The notes: generated by a model from the sequence alone, not told the origin. A DNA stretch of 64,000 nucleotides from Marsupella aquatica (GCA_973895155.1 OZ316898.1:5381079-5445078), one strand, 5' to 3'. Shown: positions 37,917-52,259, numbered from the stretch's first letter. Translations and numbers: made by a program.

Positions 37917-38967
37917 CCAAACATTGTGGGTGATGTTCGTGACAAATGTTTTTCCTGCTCATAGCATTATTTGTTATTTCTGGACTAGAAATCTTTTGAT
38001 TTCAGGCTTTCTGGACTGACAGAATTATTATTTTTTCCTTGGGAAAAGGAATCTTTGATTAAATTCTTTAGATTATTGGCGATTTCTGGACTGACGGTTC
38101 AGACTGAATCCAGACGTGCCTCATCGCGAAGAGTTATGACTGGAACCAATTATCACTATGGTGCATTTTCGTGCAAAATTCTTTAGTGCTGCCAGTTTCG
38201 GCTATTCTGGTCTCCAAAACTTCAATTCCTATGACCTGTCCCGAGTGCAGCCCTAGGGGTCGAGACGGTTGGTCAAGTTTAACATGGTTGCGGATTTGCT
38301 CAGAAGATAGGGTTCATTGGAGAGCAGCTTTGGTACTAGCACTCACCGTTCGTCCATAATACTCATCTTGTCATTAGGCACTAACTAGTTTCTATTTCCT
38401 CGGAGGGCAAAAGTAACATGGGAACTTAGGACCCCAGAATCCGCCCACATGATGCTTTGGATATGGATCTGTTTTAGTGCTGGATGGTAGGCTGGTCCAA
38501 ATAGATGTAGAGATATTTTGAATAGAAGGGCAAAACTTCTGTGCCAAGTACAAGTCTCATCAGAAAGCATGTACTGGCACTTGGCACCTACGAGATTGAG
38601 TACTCGGAGTGCTTTGTGATCGGCTTAGTTCCAAAGTCCGCTTCATAAAGCCATGAGCTGCACGTCTGCAGTTCACTGTCCTCCCCACATCCATGATTGA
38701 TTTTTCAAGTTATATCCAACATATGTTTGGAGGTGTAGGGGGAACTCTGAAATACACATACTCTGACGACACCACAATTGGCCGTCATGCTTGCCAAGAC
38801 CAAAGGGTAGATAGACCACACACCGGACACAGTGAAATTATAAAACAGCCATTGCTCCGCATAATCTGACATCGTAATGACAACTCTCACGAAACCGCAA
38901 GAGAACAAATGTAGGTAATATTCTCTATTATGTGGCAAAACTGGTGATATCTGTGGCCAAACTCAAC

Positions 38968-41900
38968 TCAAGCTCGTAGGTCTTGCAATCGTAGAGTTAC
39001 AGCTCTCGCATGGGCATCCAAGCCCTCCACCTCGGCCATTTTGGCTACGGAAGGCCCTAGGCCGATAAGACCCTCTGAACTAAGTGACTGAACTGTCATG
39101 TACTTTACAAATGAGTCCAGAGAAACACCACCATACATTCGGGCATACCCATATGTTGGTAAGACATGGTTCGTACCACTAGCATAGTCACCTACACTCT
39201 CCGGGGTCCATTTACCGAGAAACACTGAACCTGCATAAAGAATATAAGCAGAAAGTTTAGAATCGCAACTTTCTAATTTTGAGTACGTTTGGGCTAGCCC
39301 TCCGCTATATGCTTCTGTTAGATCTTTCACATTAAGAACAACCATAAAGGATGACCTAAGTCTTCGAGGTAGCACAATTGCAACTTCGTACCTGCGTCGC
39401 TAATACTGTCCAACCAGCTCTCTGGGTCTTCGACATTGACTATTAGATGCTCTGGTGCATACAAATTAGAGAATGCACATGCCTGCACAGCCCCAACACA
39501 GAAAGGCAGGTTAGACACGTAAACGTTATCTACAGTAAGGCTGGCAACCCCTGCAATAGCTTTACCCTAAAGTTCCTGTGCCTTCATTGGAATTCAGCTG
39601 GAATCTACTTGTTTGGGTTTAAAAAGATGGTTACCTCATCTTTATCAGCTGCAATTAAAGTGAAACTGTTGAAAAGAGCTTTGGCAGCAATGCCTCCTCT
39701 TGGCAGCGCGTTGCACTGCCGTTCAACTTCACTGGCGATAGCTTTTACATCCACGCTATTCCCGACAGCCACAAGGACCACTTGACTGTCTGGTCCGTGC
39801 TCAGCCTGAACTCAACGATGGCGACCAGAATATGCAAGTTCTTAAGACGATCGATTTCGGATTGTGGTAAGCAAAAAAACCACCCTAGAAGTTGATCTTA
39901 GCCCCTACGGTTCATGCTTTCAAACAATACTCACCTGAGAGAGTAAATCTGCTGCAACATGGACAGGACTGGCATGCTCATCAGCTATCACCAACACCTC
40001 CGATGGACCAGCTGGCATGTCAATAGACACCATTGCTTCACTGTTCTGCAACCACATCGAGTTTAGCCCATAAGTTCATGATTTTCCTAAACCCTATCCT
40101 ACGCTTCACAACCCATCGTGCTCGAGATGTATTCATTGTAGATGCAACCATATTCACGTCAAGCTGAAGTTCTAATGATGAACCTAGTCACATCACAATT
40201 ATTAAATCGACGGATTACTTATCCTCATTCTTGACAAGAGAATCGACCCGGATTGAGATTAGACGGGTCGTAGCAGACATTCTTGAACTGTCCACTCAAG
40301 TACGAGATATCGGATACTTCAAGATATAGAGGAGGAATTTCCACAGGATATGTACAAAGAAAGGACTTCCTCAGGGTCCCACCTGTAAAAGCATTTTGGC
40401 TGCAGTCACATACTGATTTCCAGGGCCCAATATCTTATCCACCTGCGAATGACAGACATCGACGGTGAATACTTCATCTTATTGGATTGACTACCAAATC
40501 TCATAGCATTACTTGGTGGCAGAATAGCGAAGCTTGGAAAGGACCATACCTTTGGGCAGGACTCAGTGCCCCAAGCCATAGCTGCTACAGCCTGAGCTCC
40601 ACCAGCTTTTAGGATGTGAGTTGCACCTGCTTTCTTTGCACAGTACAATACTTCCTGCAAGGGGAGATTAGTTAGCTTCCCTTCCCCACACGGCTCACCG
40701 AGGGAAGAGTTTCTAAGCCGCCACTTCTCCTACGCCTTGAGCCATTCGTGGAAAATGAAGATGTAGCTACGCCCCAAAATACGCCGAAACTATGACTAGA
40801 AATCAAATCAGTCCCAGCCAGCAATAACCTAGTTTGATCTGCGTTCTGATCCAGTCACTTGGAAAACTTGGATTTTCCCCCACTACGGTAGGAGGTAAAG
40901 GTGTACTTACAGGGCAGATTGATCCATCAGGTCTGGGTGGTGTTGCAACCACTACCGTCTTACAACCGGCGATCTGTGCAGGCTACATCACCGGACCAGA
41001 GAGAACAAGTTATAAAGGTTTGTAGGCATATAGAGTCTTCATCTATATTCTGTGGATATTTCCTTGGAATATATTCTGTGGATATTTAACAATGATAGAT
41101 TATTGAGTCGGTTTGTACTTTAATTATTGCACAGATAAGCGTACCACGGCTAACATGAGAGCTGTAGATGGGAGGACTGCCGTGCCACCAGGGACATATA
41201 GCCCAACGGAATTAATAGCTCTTGCCACTCTTCTGCATGTCACCCCCTGTTCGTCGTCAAGGCAAGAAGAGCACCCAACCGGTAAGTCTCCTTACTTAAA
41301 ATATCCACGAATGAATTCGTTTAATGATACACAGCGCACATTTGGAACGTTGATCCCCAACACATGATGTCCATCCCTCTTCTTAGAATATATTTTCCCA
41401 ACCAAGTCAATCATGGCAAATTACTGGATGAAAGATGGAGTAGGACAGCACCCACTGGCATTGTCTCCACTTGAAGCGCATGAGTCTTCTGCTGAGCAGC
41501 ATGGAATGTGCGGATATTATTGTAGGCAACATCAAAAGCGGCTTTCACCTCCGGATCCAGCTGCACAAATGGACAGACCTCAATTATTCTCAGAACTATG
41601 CAGCCAATTTTTCCAGCACTCCATAATGTACATTAGCACTCTCCTGAGAACTGCCTGAAACGTTCCGATGTAGAAGAATGAGATCGCGTCTACGCTTCTT
41701 CAATTTCAAAATTTCAAGACGTCGCTGCCAAACAATTGACACACCTACTCCACACTTACTTGAGGGTCAGGTAGATCAGCCACACTTTCCACGATCTTTT
41801 CCAACCGCACTTTATCAAATTTAGAAGTGTACCTGTTGCAGAATTGAACGAGACAATGAGCATGTTTAAGTTTCTGTCAATAGAAAGCTTGTGGACTAAC

Positions 41901-42731
41901 GCAACTCAACAGTTCATTTCAATCAAGGAAGTCCAGTCCACTCGAATCATATTTCAGGGTTAAACGGCTTACTCTTTGACTGCTTCATCCCCACCTGCGC
42001 GGACACTGTTTACAATAGGTCCCACCTGCAAAACCAGACCGATTGCGCAGCGAGGATTATGGCAAAAGCATACTAAAACCCTAATTGAATTTTGCGGCGT
42101 ATATGAAACATCTATGCACTGAGAAGACCACGAACGCGGAATTTCATCAGTATCAGCCAGAGGATCAGCGAAATGAGCAGCCAAAGACATACTGTATCGA
42201 AAATGGAAGAGAAATCAATCCGAGGGCGAGCCTGAAGCGCTTTGCGCTCGGCGGCATTCAAGTCCGAAAGCCTGTAGGAGCGCAGGTCAATTTTTATGAA
42301 CTCTGTCTCGGCCGTCTTGGCTTCAGATCCTGGACCACAATCAATCAGTCCACAAACCACCGTCATCATCTGCTCCTCACCCTCCTAAAGACAACCAAAT
42401 CAGTCCATTGCAGCAAAGCAAGTCGAGAGAATGCACAGTACGAACCAACAATTGCTGCTGCTGCTGCTGCCGAGGGTCCCATGGCTGCAGCACGTTGCTG
42501 CTGCTGCTGCTGCTTACCAGGTCGAGCGGCTACTCGAGCATTCCACACAGAGGAAGGAGAATCAGAGGACGAAGGAGAGCAACAGCATGAGAATGAGAAT
42601 GGGCCGAAATGCCGGTGGCGATTGGAACCGAGGCCTTTGGCCTGAAGAGCCGACGGCGGCAGCAGAGGGACGCCGCGGAGAGTGGTGTTGAGCGCCAGCG
42701 GCGAAGGAGGGGAGAGGAGTTGGATCACCAT
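38968..42731 (-). CDS. HISN8: Histidinol dehydrogenase, plastid-targeted
   Basis: Multi-exon gene with a transit peptide in exon 1 (42731-42518). Motifs: [100 protein letters not shown]. Confidence 0.95.
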
Positions 42732-42892
42732 AGCCAGATCCAGACAAGCTCACGTTTCTCTTCGATTTCTCTTCTCTTCTCTTCTCTTCTCTTCTCTTCT
42801 CTTCTGACTCTGTTATCGAAGACGAAAGGTGATATTTCAGATGACGAGGAAGCAGAGGAGAAGCTCGGATGGATACAAACGTTTGAAATGAC

Positions 42893-43208
42893 GCCCGGAT
42901 GATACGTGAAATCCACCATTGAAGCCGCTAGGTTTACTAGCATGACACATTTTACACTAGTACTCGAAAGGATATCTGTAAACATGCAATTTACGGGTAT
43001 TAGAAAGTTTATCGATTCGTCTTATTGTGGGAACCCAGCCGTGTCCTTTTGCCCGGATGATACGTGAAATCCACCATTGAAACCGCTAGGTTTACTCGCA
43101 TGACACATTTTACACTAATATTCTAAAGAGTATGTGTAAACCATGCAATTTACGGGTATTAGAAAATTTTCAATCGATTCGTCTTATTGTGGGAACCCTG
43201 CCGTGTCC
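42893..43208. repeat. Tandem ~158-bp duplication in the HISN8 upstream region
   Basis: gcccggatgatacgtgaaatccaccattgaa...cgattcgtcttattgtgggaaccc.gccgtgtcc occurs at 42893-43046 and 43051-43208. Confidence 0.92.
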
Positions 43209-44284
43209 AAAGGACAGTTTTTGCTTTGGAGAATAAATGTACATTAAGATTTGTGTCTTGGGGCTGAGTTGGCAATTGGTCTTGTGACTCTTCTCTGCTT
43301 CCCTTCTACAAGTAGAGTTTAAATTTCATTTTCCTTCTTGACCTCCCTTCCTCAAGCCGAGTCTGATTCTTTCATGCTTCTTTTCCCTTTTTTTAAAAGA
43401 AAAATAAAATTGGATATCAATTTTTTTAATCCTGCAGATGGGGAATAGAGACACCAGTCATGTTTTGGTTGACTCCATTGGGCACTTTACACATAGTTTT
43501 TTTCTGGAAAGGAAACCTCAAGCCATTCAACACATGAGGTGGACCAATACCTTAAACCACAACTTCCCCTATAAAAACCCCATTCCATGTTTCACTACTC
43601 ATCATAAAAGGTGGAGCACTTGCACCTTTTGTGGAGCTCAAGTCCATTCCTACAAAAATTTAACCTGTGCAGTGTATAATGAGAGCTAACAGTCACCGGT
43701 AGTCCTTTATAGGTGCAATTGTGGTTTAAAGGCAAGGTGGAACCTGTAAAAAAAAAAATATTTGGATTCTTAAATTAGGTGTACATTAGGCCTCACTGTT
43801 GGTTTGGATAAACCCCTCATGAGATTTTTCTATGTATGTTTGTACATGCATGTTGGTTTGGATGTCCATAAACCCCTCATGAGTTTTTTTTTTGTTTGTA
43901 TATTTGCAGATGGTTATGAGGCATTACCTGTGGGTGAGGCCACATGCCCGTATGCCAAGGGATTCTTACATTTGAATGAAAAGTATGGTAACATAAAAGT
44001 GACTGAAGTGTAACTTTTGCATTGTAGAAATGGAGTAAAATGGTCCAGAAACACACTCTGGCTTCAAGCTGGGCAACTCTTCCCCACTTGGGGAGCTATA
44101 ATCCTAGTACCCTCTCTTGGCGATGGGTCACCCTACACTTTGCTTCTGGACAGTTGAGTTTATGAAAGGTGACACAAAGATCCATATAGCAGACAAGATC
44201 TTCCACAGATCGGGTTGAGAATTACCAAAGCAAGACGTGCCCGAGGCTGTGTAAACTTTTCACTCTTTTGGGCTAGACTCGAGA

Positions 44285-44394
44285 CGCCGACCCTAGTACG
44301 AGGACTGGGTTTTGGGTCAGCCTATGGTGAACCGGTTGTTATTCCAAGCAGTGCCGGGTAGCTAAGTTGGTATGGAAGAGCTGCTGAAAGCATC
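44285..44394 (+). pseudogene. Organellar (mitochondrial rrn26-like) large-subunit rRNA fragment, NUMT
   Basis: cctagtacgaggactggg (sarcin-ricin loop region, 2 nt short of canonical AGTACGAGAGGAC) is followed by cctatggtg.accggttgtt...gccgggtagctaagttggtatggaaga.ctgctgaaagcatc. From recall this resembles plant mitochondrial 26S more than plastid 23S. Confidence 0.7.
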
Positions 44395-44754
44395 ACAAAA
44401 CGTTTTGGGGTTGAGCGGTTGGGCTAAGGAGATGTAAAGTGGCAGTAAGGGCTCAAACTCGGGGTAGGTTTAAGAGCAGTACTAGAAATTAGGGGAATGA
44501 TTGAATCCGTAACAACCCAGAACTCGATGCTGAATCAAAATTCATCTGGACATGGAATGAGCCCAACTGAATGACTTGACTACTTCTATGGATAATTGGT
44601 AAGTGTGACGAGCAATTCTTGTACCCAATTAAGCGATTTTATGAGAAATGTCATCTAACAATGTGGATACCATCCATGCAAGGCATTCTACAATGCACTC
44701 AATGTTTTCTTGCTGAAGACAGCTCTACCTGAATATGTTACAAGCTTTATGAAT

Positions 44755-47700
44755 TTAACAAAGTGACGTTCTCATTTCCCGCCACTGCTGATTTTCGAAA
44801 AATGAGGTCCCCTTAGAAAACCTAACGCAAGATCTTCTCCCTTTTCTGCCCCATTTATAAATTTCTTCCGTCATTGATCTGTGAGAGCTCTCTCCAATCG
44901 CCCCCCGACAATTTGATGCACCACACTGGCACTCCACATTCGGGCCGAATTCAACATACCTGAAAACATGTCACCAACTATCTAATTAATACCTTACCGT
45001 GTCAAGAGACATGGAAATCTAGGACAAGTCATTGCTTCCTGGATAGTATACCAGTCACTACCAGATTTCACATTAGTGTGGCCTCGAACGTTGTCATATA
45101 TCGAGAGCCAAGATGTCCAAGCCATAAACGTCTGTTCCACTTCAGAATGAATAGACTTACCTGTAGTCATAGGTCAATGGTTCGCCGACTTGGACGTCTC
45201 TCAAGGCAAAGACTCCAACACGAGTCTCCCCATCTACTCTCCTGTTTTTCCAATAATGTAACATCACACGCAATCATTCCAAACTGCATTTTCAATTGAT
45301 TATGGAACAAAACCAGGTCAACCAACGACAGCAGTCGGTCTATCCAACACTGGGCAAAGATCGAGAACAGTCTGTACTAAGAAGTAAACCCAGACCAGTC
45401 ACAAGGCGACACAATATGAGCACGTTATCAGGCCTTACCATTTCTCAAGCTTGCAGTTTGGCTGGCAGCTGTGATTTAGGAAACGAGAGGGGTTGCCCTT
45501 GAAAGTGGCATCAATGATGAAGTCCTTTCCAATCTCACACATATAGAAGTTGTTGATGCCTCTTCCTTTCATAGCCCAGAGCCGCTTTTCACATAAGGCG
45601 TCATCTATTACTGCGAATCGTCCGTGTTGGGTTATTAATTTGTGCAACCAGGTAAGTCAAGACTGCTATCTATCAAATCGAAAGAGCTACGTAGTTATCA
45701 GCAATTCGTTACAAATTCTAAACCACAATAAAGAGCATATACCTTCACCAATGTACTCGATGACAAATTCACCCTTGCGTACAATTTCCGCTGCGTTAGC
45801 ACCCCATCCACAAAATTCTGTCTGAGAAACAATTCAGAAAATCAATACACCCTGCTTAGAAAATGTGCAGCAATTTCACATCAAAATAATATCGGAAATG
45901 TCCTTGGGGACAAGCTTGGCTCCACACCTACTACCAAGAAAAAGATATCATCAGCAAGGACCGGAGACGCAGCCACTGCTTGCATTTCTTTCTGTCGGCA
46001 AAACAACGGAAATAACTAGTTTGGCGTTATCCTCGTACCTTGACAACCTTGAGCCTCTTCTCTTTTCGATATGGTTTGTTAGTGCAAATATCTTTGCACA
46101 CGCAATCCTTCGAACAACTCACTGACTGTACCCTAGTGAAATCAGCCAGGTTTGCGAAAACTTTCAGCCATTTTCTTGCAAGGAGTCTACAAAATAGCTT
46201 CTGAAATTGTTACTGATTGAATTTAGATAACAATGGTTACAAAACATAAGATAACGAGCAAGGGACGCAAAATCTTCCAAGAATTCCACGTTTGAGGGCA
46301 GTTTATATTGATCTACTAGGACTTGTTCCTTTATCCATAGCCGTTAGGCAATAACACAGTGCAATCAGAGCGGAGGAAACCCGTCCCAGCACTCAGGATC
46401 TGAGTGCACCGAACGCGTACAGGAAGACCTTTTTCCCGGTACACCGTATGTCTTCTGGAGGCAGAAAAGCTGCTTATCCATTCCAAACTTAGATTTGGCA
46501 AAAGCAAATGAGATCGAGAGGGAGCAAAAGAAAGTACGTAAAGCCCACCTGCAGTCACAACCCTCACCACACTCGGAGCCGTCGCTTCCGCACGAGCAAC
46601 TCATCCCATCATCACTGTCGTCCCGTTTTCTCTTTATCAAAAAGATATCTGTCTCAAGGTTAAGGTCACGCAGATAGTAGAGCTGGTCGACCCCAATCCA
46701 AAACTCAAACAATTTGATACTTCTTTTAGTGAGTGTAAACAATGACAGATAGGGGAAACAGACTCGAGGAGATTTGAGGATACTGCGCCTGATGTGGGTG
46801 TAAGGAGGGGGCTCCTTGTCCTTACCCACGACTTCCTTGAGGAAATCAGGGCTAATCGTGAAGTCTTCAGGCACGTCCACGATAGGGAGACGATTGAAAA
46901 CCTCCTGCACGGAAATAAAAATTTCAAACAAACAGAATACAATCAACGAATACAAATGGCCTGATCTTCCCTAAATACAAGACCCATAAAGAAAACAATC
47001 TGACCTTTGTGTCATTCGTTCGATGCTTGTGCTGCACCGTGAGAGCAGATCTGTGTCAGCAGAAAAGCCCATGTGCTAGTCAACAAAACTCCTGACCTTT
47101 CGAAACGAAAAACAGTTCTCACCTTATCAACTATAACTAGAGACAAATAGCTTCTGATCAGCCTCGTCTGTCATGAAAAACTTAGACTCAACAGAGCCAC
47201 TTCTCCCAGAGCTGCTGCGTTACCTGGAGTATTAATTTATGAATGTCACTCACTCTACGGCGACCGTAAGAGTCAAACTTGGCGGGATCAAGATTGTGCA
47301 CATGAGAAGTGGCGCAATTTGATAGAGGTAGATATGATTGCACACGCCTCTCAGCACAAAACGGATTTAAAACACATAGAAAATACCAAACAAGAGTAAA
47401 TCAAAGAGCTGAGGCCAGTGCAACAAAGTGGAAAAGCGTTACCAGATATGAAACAGCTGATGTGAGAAACTTATGTTGTTTCCTGTCGTCAGTGACATGT
47501 CGCCAGCAAATTGCCCAGCCAGGGCTATCGTTATCGAAAATGACCTCGTCTGGCCATGGACAACAAGGCTCATGCGATGCAATGGGACATCTCTGACACC
47601 GCCAAAGCCGTCCTGCACGACTACCACCACATGTATAGCATACCTGCATTCGAATATTACAAATGTCAAACGCTGGCTGCATCTTGCACGAGGAGAGCCA

Positions 47701-49586
47701 ATTGAATTCTTCCTGCTAGTTATAAACCCAAGAGATCGATTGTTGATCCTGATAAAATCAAAACAGGTTCAGAGCGGAAGAGGACGAAGCAGAGGAGCAT
47801 AAATGCGTCAGACATTTTGTTAACAGAGGAGCCAGAAATTGAGTCGCCAAGAAGCTTTCTGACGGATCAAATACGTGACCTGAGATCCTCCTCAACAAAC
47901 TGAAGTCCTCTCGTCGAAGACCTAAAATCTCAGACACAGGCCAATTATCCTACAAGAGCTAGAATCTGAGTGCGCAAGATAAACAACGCTTATTACTACC
48001 AGTTTAGGTCTGAACTTACATGCTGCGGACAGATGAGGCTCCCATTTCTGCGCCAGGAGCAGCCTCGAAGCTTCTTCGCACATGATTTATGGTACGACCA
48101 AATACAACCCTTCTGTGAGCAGGAAATAATGGGGCTGGAGGGAACGAAAGATTTGCAGCTGTAACATTCCAACTGCACAATACAAATAACTCCCATTACA
48201 ATTCCCCGCAATGAGCTCGAAAACCACGTTCTGAACTTAAATGACGAAATAGAGACACTCAATTAGAAAGCTGTATGGTGAAGAAAATGATAAGCTGTGC
48301 ATAAGATAAAAACTAAAGAAGGCTCGGTTCCCACGAAAAAGGTCTGGAGAGACGAAGATCAGTCTATGGAGTAGAATGCTCATGCTTAAGGTCGTTGCAC
48401 CTGCTGCTCCGGCTTCCAAATGAACCCAAAAGGGCTTGACTGTTACGGATGACGGGCTAGGGAACTTGTTTGGCAATACAGTAATAAATAAGTTAGTAGG
48501 CGCGAAAAGAAACAGAGAAGGAACAGACTTCGCGAATTGGTTTGTCCAGTCGTGCGGGAAAGCACCTTTCTCGTTGAACTGTAGGCACTGCTCTTTCCAG
48601 CTAGCGTTCAGGACACCTAGATTGTTTATCTACTTTGGATTCCTTATTTGACCATCAATTGGCAGTACCTGCTCATCCCGCACCTTCGCATCACATGGAG
48701 GCACATGTGATTCCTAGCTGCACCTTGAAGTGGGATCGACCTTGAAGGCGTTTCCAATGTAACTAAGTTCATCACCCTACTGTGAATAGGGGAATAGAAA
48801 TTCCCTGAAGTTGGCTCTAAAGTTTTCAGCAGAGAATCCATGAACAATCTGGTCGAGAAAACTTCATATGGTGTCGAATTATTCAGTGTCTAGCTATGCG
48901 CAGTAAAGATAATGATGATGAACGGTTCATCGCGAGAAGTGACAGACCAGGAGTACATCACCAAATCTTATTTGCCTACTAAAACTTTCCAGCCGAATAT
49001 TCCATTTACCCAGGGAAGGAGATTGCGGTGACATTGCCATCTGAGAAGTGTGCAGCATAGGAAAACGCTGCTGTACCTCATCGGGAGAAACGTCAGTACC
49101 CGCCAAGAAAGGATCGCTAGTTTCTGAGCTTGCAGTCGCACGACCGAAAGATGCTGCTCGATCCTCTGTGAAGTACGCTGCCGGTGTCCCTGGGGGGTCA
49201 GGAGATTCTGTTCTAGCCAAAGGCAACGCAGATGAGTCGACGCAAAACCCTGCTGCTGCTAGTGCCTCGGCACGATCAGACACCTCCCTGGTATCCCCTA
49301 CTGTCGAAACTGACTGAAATCTATTGTATACCTTTTCCGACTGCGTCTGTCCACTACATTTTTCAATCACGTCTTTGACCAAAGATTTATCTCTCCTACT
49401 GTAGACGATATTCATAATCAGCTCTTCCGCTCCTCTCCTCTCCTCCACCTCCACCTCCAGGCTTCCCGTGTCAGGATAAGAAATCTCCCCCATTCCGGTC
49501 GAACTTAATGAATTAACTCTCTCAATGCTCCCTCCTAGAACATCCTTCACGGCAACACAATCCAACCAGCCGGACAAAAGCGTCAA
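44755..49586 (-). CDS. ASHR3: ASHR3/SDG4-type histone-lysine N-methyltransferase (PHD-like Cys clusters, AWS, SET, post-SET); 5' end uncertain
   Basis: Exons encode CYSC..C..KGC..SYHKSC, CYTC...LWRCQRCPIASHEPCCPWP..AICWRH, PPPYTHIRRNIFL, CGWG, FVIEYIGE, IDATFKGNPSRFLNHSCQPNC, LTYDY and CQCGASNCRG. The start codon could not be fixed. Confidence 0.85.
46649..46783 (-). other. U12-type GT-AG intron in the SET gene
   Basis: The 5' splice site is GTATCCTC. The branch point CCTTAAC lies about 11 nt upstream of the AG. Splicing restores HIRR-N-IFLIK. Confidence 0.88.
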
Positions 49587-50867
49587 ATTAGAACATTCGG
49601 CTTCATCGCTGTCGTCTCTGCCGACCGGACCTGCCTACTGATAAAACAGTGATGTTCCAACAGCCGCTTCCATCTCATCCCGCTTCTCGTCTTTCTTCGC
49701 ATTGACCGAAGCCAGAAACGGAATTATTCCAAACATGACAACGGGCCGTCCAAGCTCTTCAACTCGCATTTCAACAGAACCACAAAGTGGCATACTTCCC
49801 CGCTCGTGTCGACAAGGGCATTATATCGTCATCATCGACAATGCAGTCGAAGATGAAAGCCACATTCGGAGGAAATCGTGCCCCGATCTTGCATCATCCC
49901 GCCGTCCACAGGAAGCAACAATAAGTAGTCGGAGCGCTCCAACACAAGTTTCCCCGCCATGTAAACATTAACAGATGCAGATTCCGCAACACGCAACAAC
50001 GAGCTTGGCAGCAGCAGCAGCAGCAGGACAGACCAGTCGACGATCATTCATCGTTCCTTCCTTCCTCGGCGACGTTCGTTTTTTGCTCGTTCTTTTCCTC
50101 AGCGCGCATCAGTCGTCCCCGAAACTGAAGTGATCAAAGGACTTCGAAGGTGGACGCATATAAATCCTGCGGGGAGACCGATTGCGCAATCGAGTCGACA
50201 AGAAACCCGAAGACGGAAGCACAATCTGCTGACGATTGGGTTCATTGCATAAACGAGAAGACAAGCTGAAGACTGAAGGAGAAGCAAAGCGGGAGGCAAG
50301 GAGGCGAGCTTCGTTTAGTCGTGCATTGTAAAGAGAGACGAAAGACGAAGAGGCGATGAATGATGGATCGTGAGGAGGTCGATGAGGAGACACGGGAGAG
50401 AGATGGCGCCAGCGCCTAAATTCGCTTGGGATTCAAAAACGCTGCCGGGAGTTCAAAACACGCGTGGGCACGTGGTGACAGGTGACAGGTGACTGGAATA
50501 TTGTACGCTTCCTTGCGAATACCGTACTCGTCTCTATTTTCATTTTATTCATTTACTACTCTACAGTAGCACTGTAGTAGAGCTGAAAGTCTCGATAGCA
50601 GGGAAAGATGCCCGGATGCAGAGATGCATAGAGCTCGTGAACCCTACAACAATTACTCCCATAAAGTGTGACATCGCTTACACCCTCATTTGCTGACAGT
50701 CTCCCCGCTTCCCTTGCTATGCAATTAAATCAACTGTTTTGGGCTGGTTAGAGATGGCCTCGAAACGCCTTTTCAATAAGCCCTATGCCCCTTGCACCGA
50801 GGTCCCGTCCATAGGGAATTGGGCCCTGGTATTTATGGGGCACAGTGGGAAAGTACATATGCGCCAG

Positions 50868-51073
50868 GGTGCCCATTTACTCTATCATTGGTGAGGGTAA
50901 ATAACCAAACTAATCCAACGGCTGTGGATTTTGTCCACCCAATGAACTTTTTTGTATTGGGACAAAGGATAGAAAAGTGCCCATTTCCTCTATCATTGGT
51001 CAGGGTAAATAACCAAACTAATCCAACGGCTGTGGATTTTTTTCGCCTATGAACTTTTTGTATTGGGACAAAG
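50868..51073. repeat. Tandem ~109-bp duplication
   Basis: gtgcccattt.ctctatcattggt.agggtaaataaccaaactaatccaacggctgtggatttt...tgaactttttgtattgggacaaag occurs twice. Confidence 0.9.
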
Positions 51074-52259
51074 AACAGAAAAACACAGGGATTCCTTATT
51101 ATAGTTGTAGATACTTTTATATATATAATATTACATGCCCGTTACCCATGTATGTTGCCCTTACACTAGTGGTGTCATTGAGTTGGGAGAGTATTGTTGG
51201 CAAAGGAAGTGTGCCCTTGTGGAAAGTGTTGTCATTGCAAGAAATCCTGGTTGCTGAATGTTGCACATGGTTGCAAGGTGAAAAGCAGGAGTTGTTGGTT
51301 CAAAGGCACATTGGGCAAAGGTATTGGGAGGAAAAATTAATTAACCCCCCTTCTTTCTTCCCACGGGCTCCCATTTTTATTTTCCTTTTCCTTTTCCATC
51401 CTTTGCCCCACCCTCTCTCCTTACCTTGTTGCTCCTCTTCCCCCACCCTCCTTGCCAGCCCCTCATGCTTGCCTTCTCAATGAAAGAAAACAGGTTAGGT
51501 GCAAGAATGAATGTCAACTATCCAATGTATGTCTTGTTTTTAGAGTTTCTATGACCATGCGTGTCAAGGGAGTGCAGGGTCACCTGAATGTGCTAGGATT
51601 TGAAGCATGATTGTCCTTGTTCCTTCGTTGGCTTTTGGTTGGGGACCCCTTGGCTTGTTTTTCTTAGGGCCCTTTCCCCTCTTTTCCTCCCCTTCATTGG
51701 GTTGCTTTGCTTTTGGGATCATGTCTCCTGGTTCAGAGTTTTCTGCCTTATATATATTTGAAGGGGGAGAGGACAACAATAGTGAAGGGGAGGCCTGGGC
51801 CCTAACTACAGTACAAGGTGGCAGGACTGGGTGCCAAAGGGGAGACCATTGGAGGGGTGTGAGGCAGGGGAGGGTCAAAATTTGTGAGAGGGGAGGGGAG
51901 AAATTTGCTGTAATGGGGTCCAACTGGAAACCTAGTCCTTAACGAGAGCCCTGGTTCCAAAAATTGCTTATTGGGGCCTGACATGTTGTAAAACCATATA
52001 ATAAGTTTATTTTATTGATCATGACAGGTTCATGATAAATAGTAGTGAATAGTGTGGACTGTGTGGTTGGGTATGCAGGTCATGCAATTCCAAGCACCGA
52101 GTATAGTATTGACAAGCTCAGTTTGAGACGGGAAGACCACTTATGCATTCCTGAGGTTTAGGATTTAGGTCTGGATGCCAACAACTAATGCACAAAAGTG
52201 GTTTTTTGGTCTAAAGTAGTTAACACACATGATAGGATTAGTTTACTTAGACACCACTT

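Noticed and set aside
42366-42517. PolyQ/polyA tract in the HISN8 N-terminal ORF
   Set aside because: It lies after the G|gtaagc donor at 42517 and is an intronic (CAG)n microsatellite.
36009-42731. Histidine-phosphatase-family gene adjacent to histidinol dehydrogenase as a mini histidine-biosynthesis cluster
   Set aside because: The superfamily name refers to the catalytic His. Plant histidinol-phosphate phosphatase (HISN7/IMPL2) is an inositol-monophosphatase-family enzyme, and nothing in the sequence supports a functional link.
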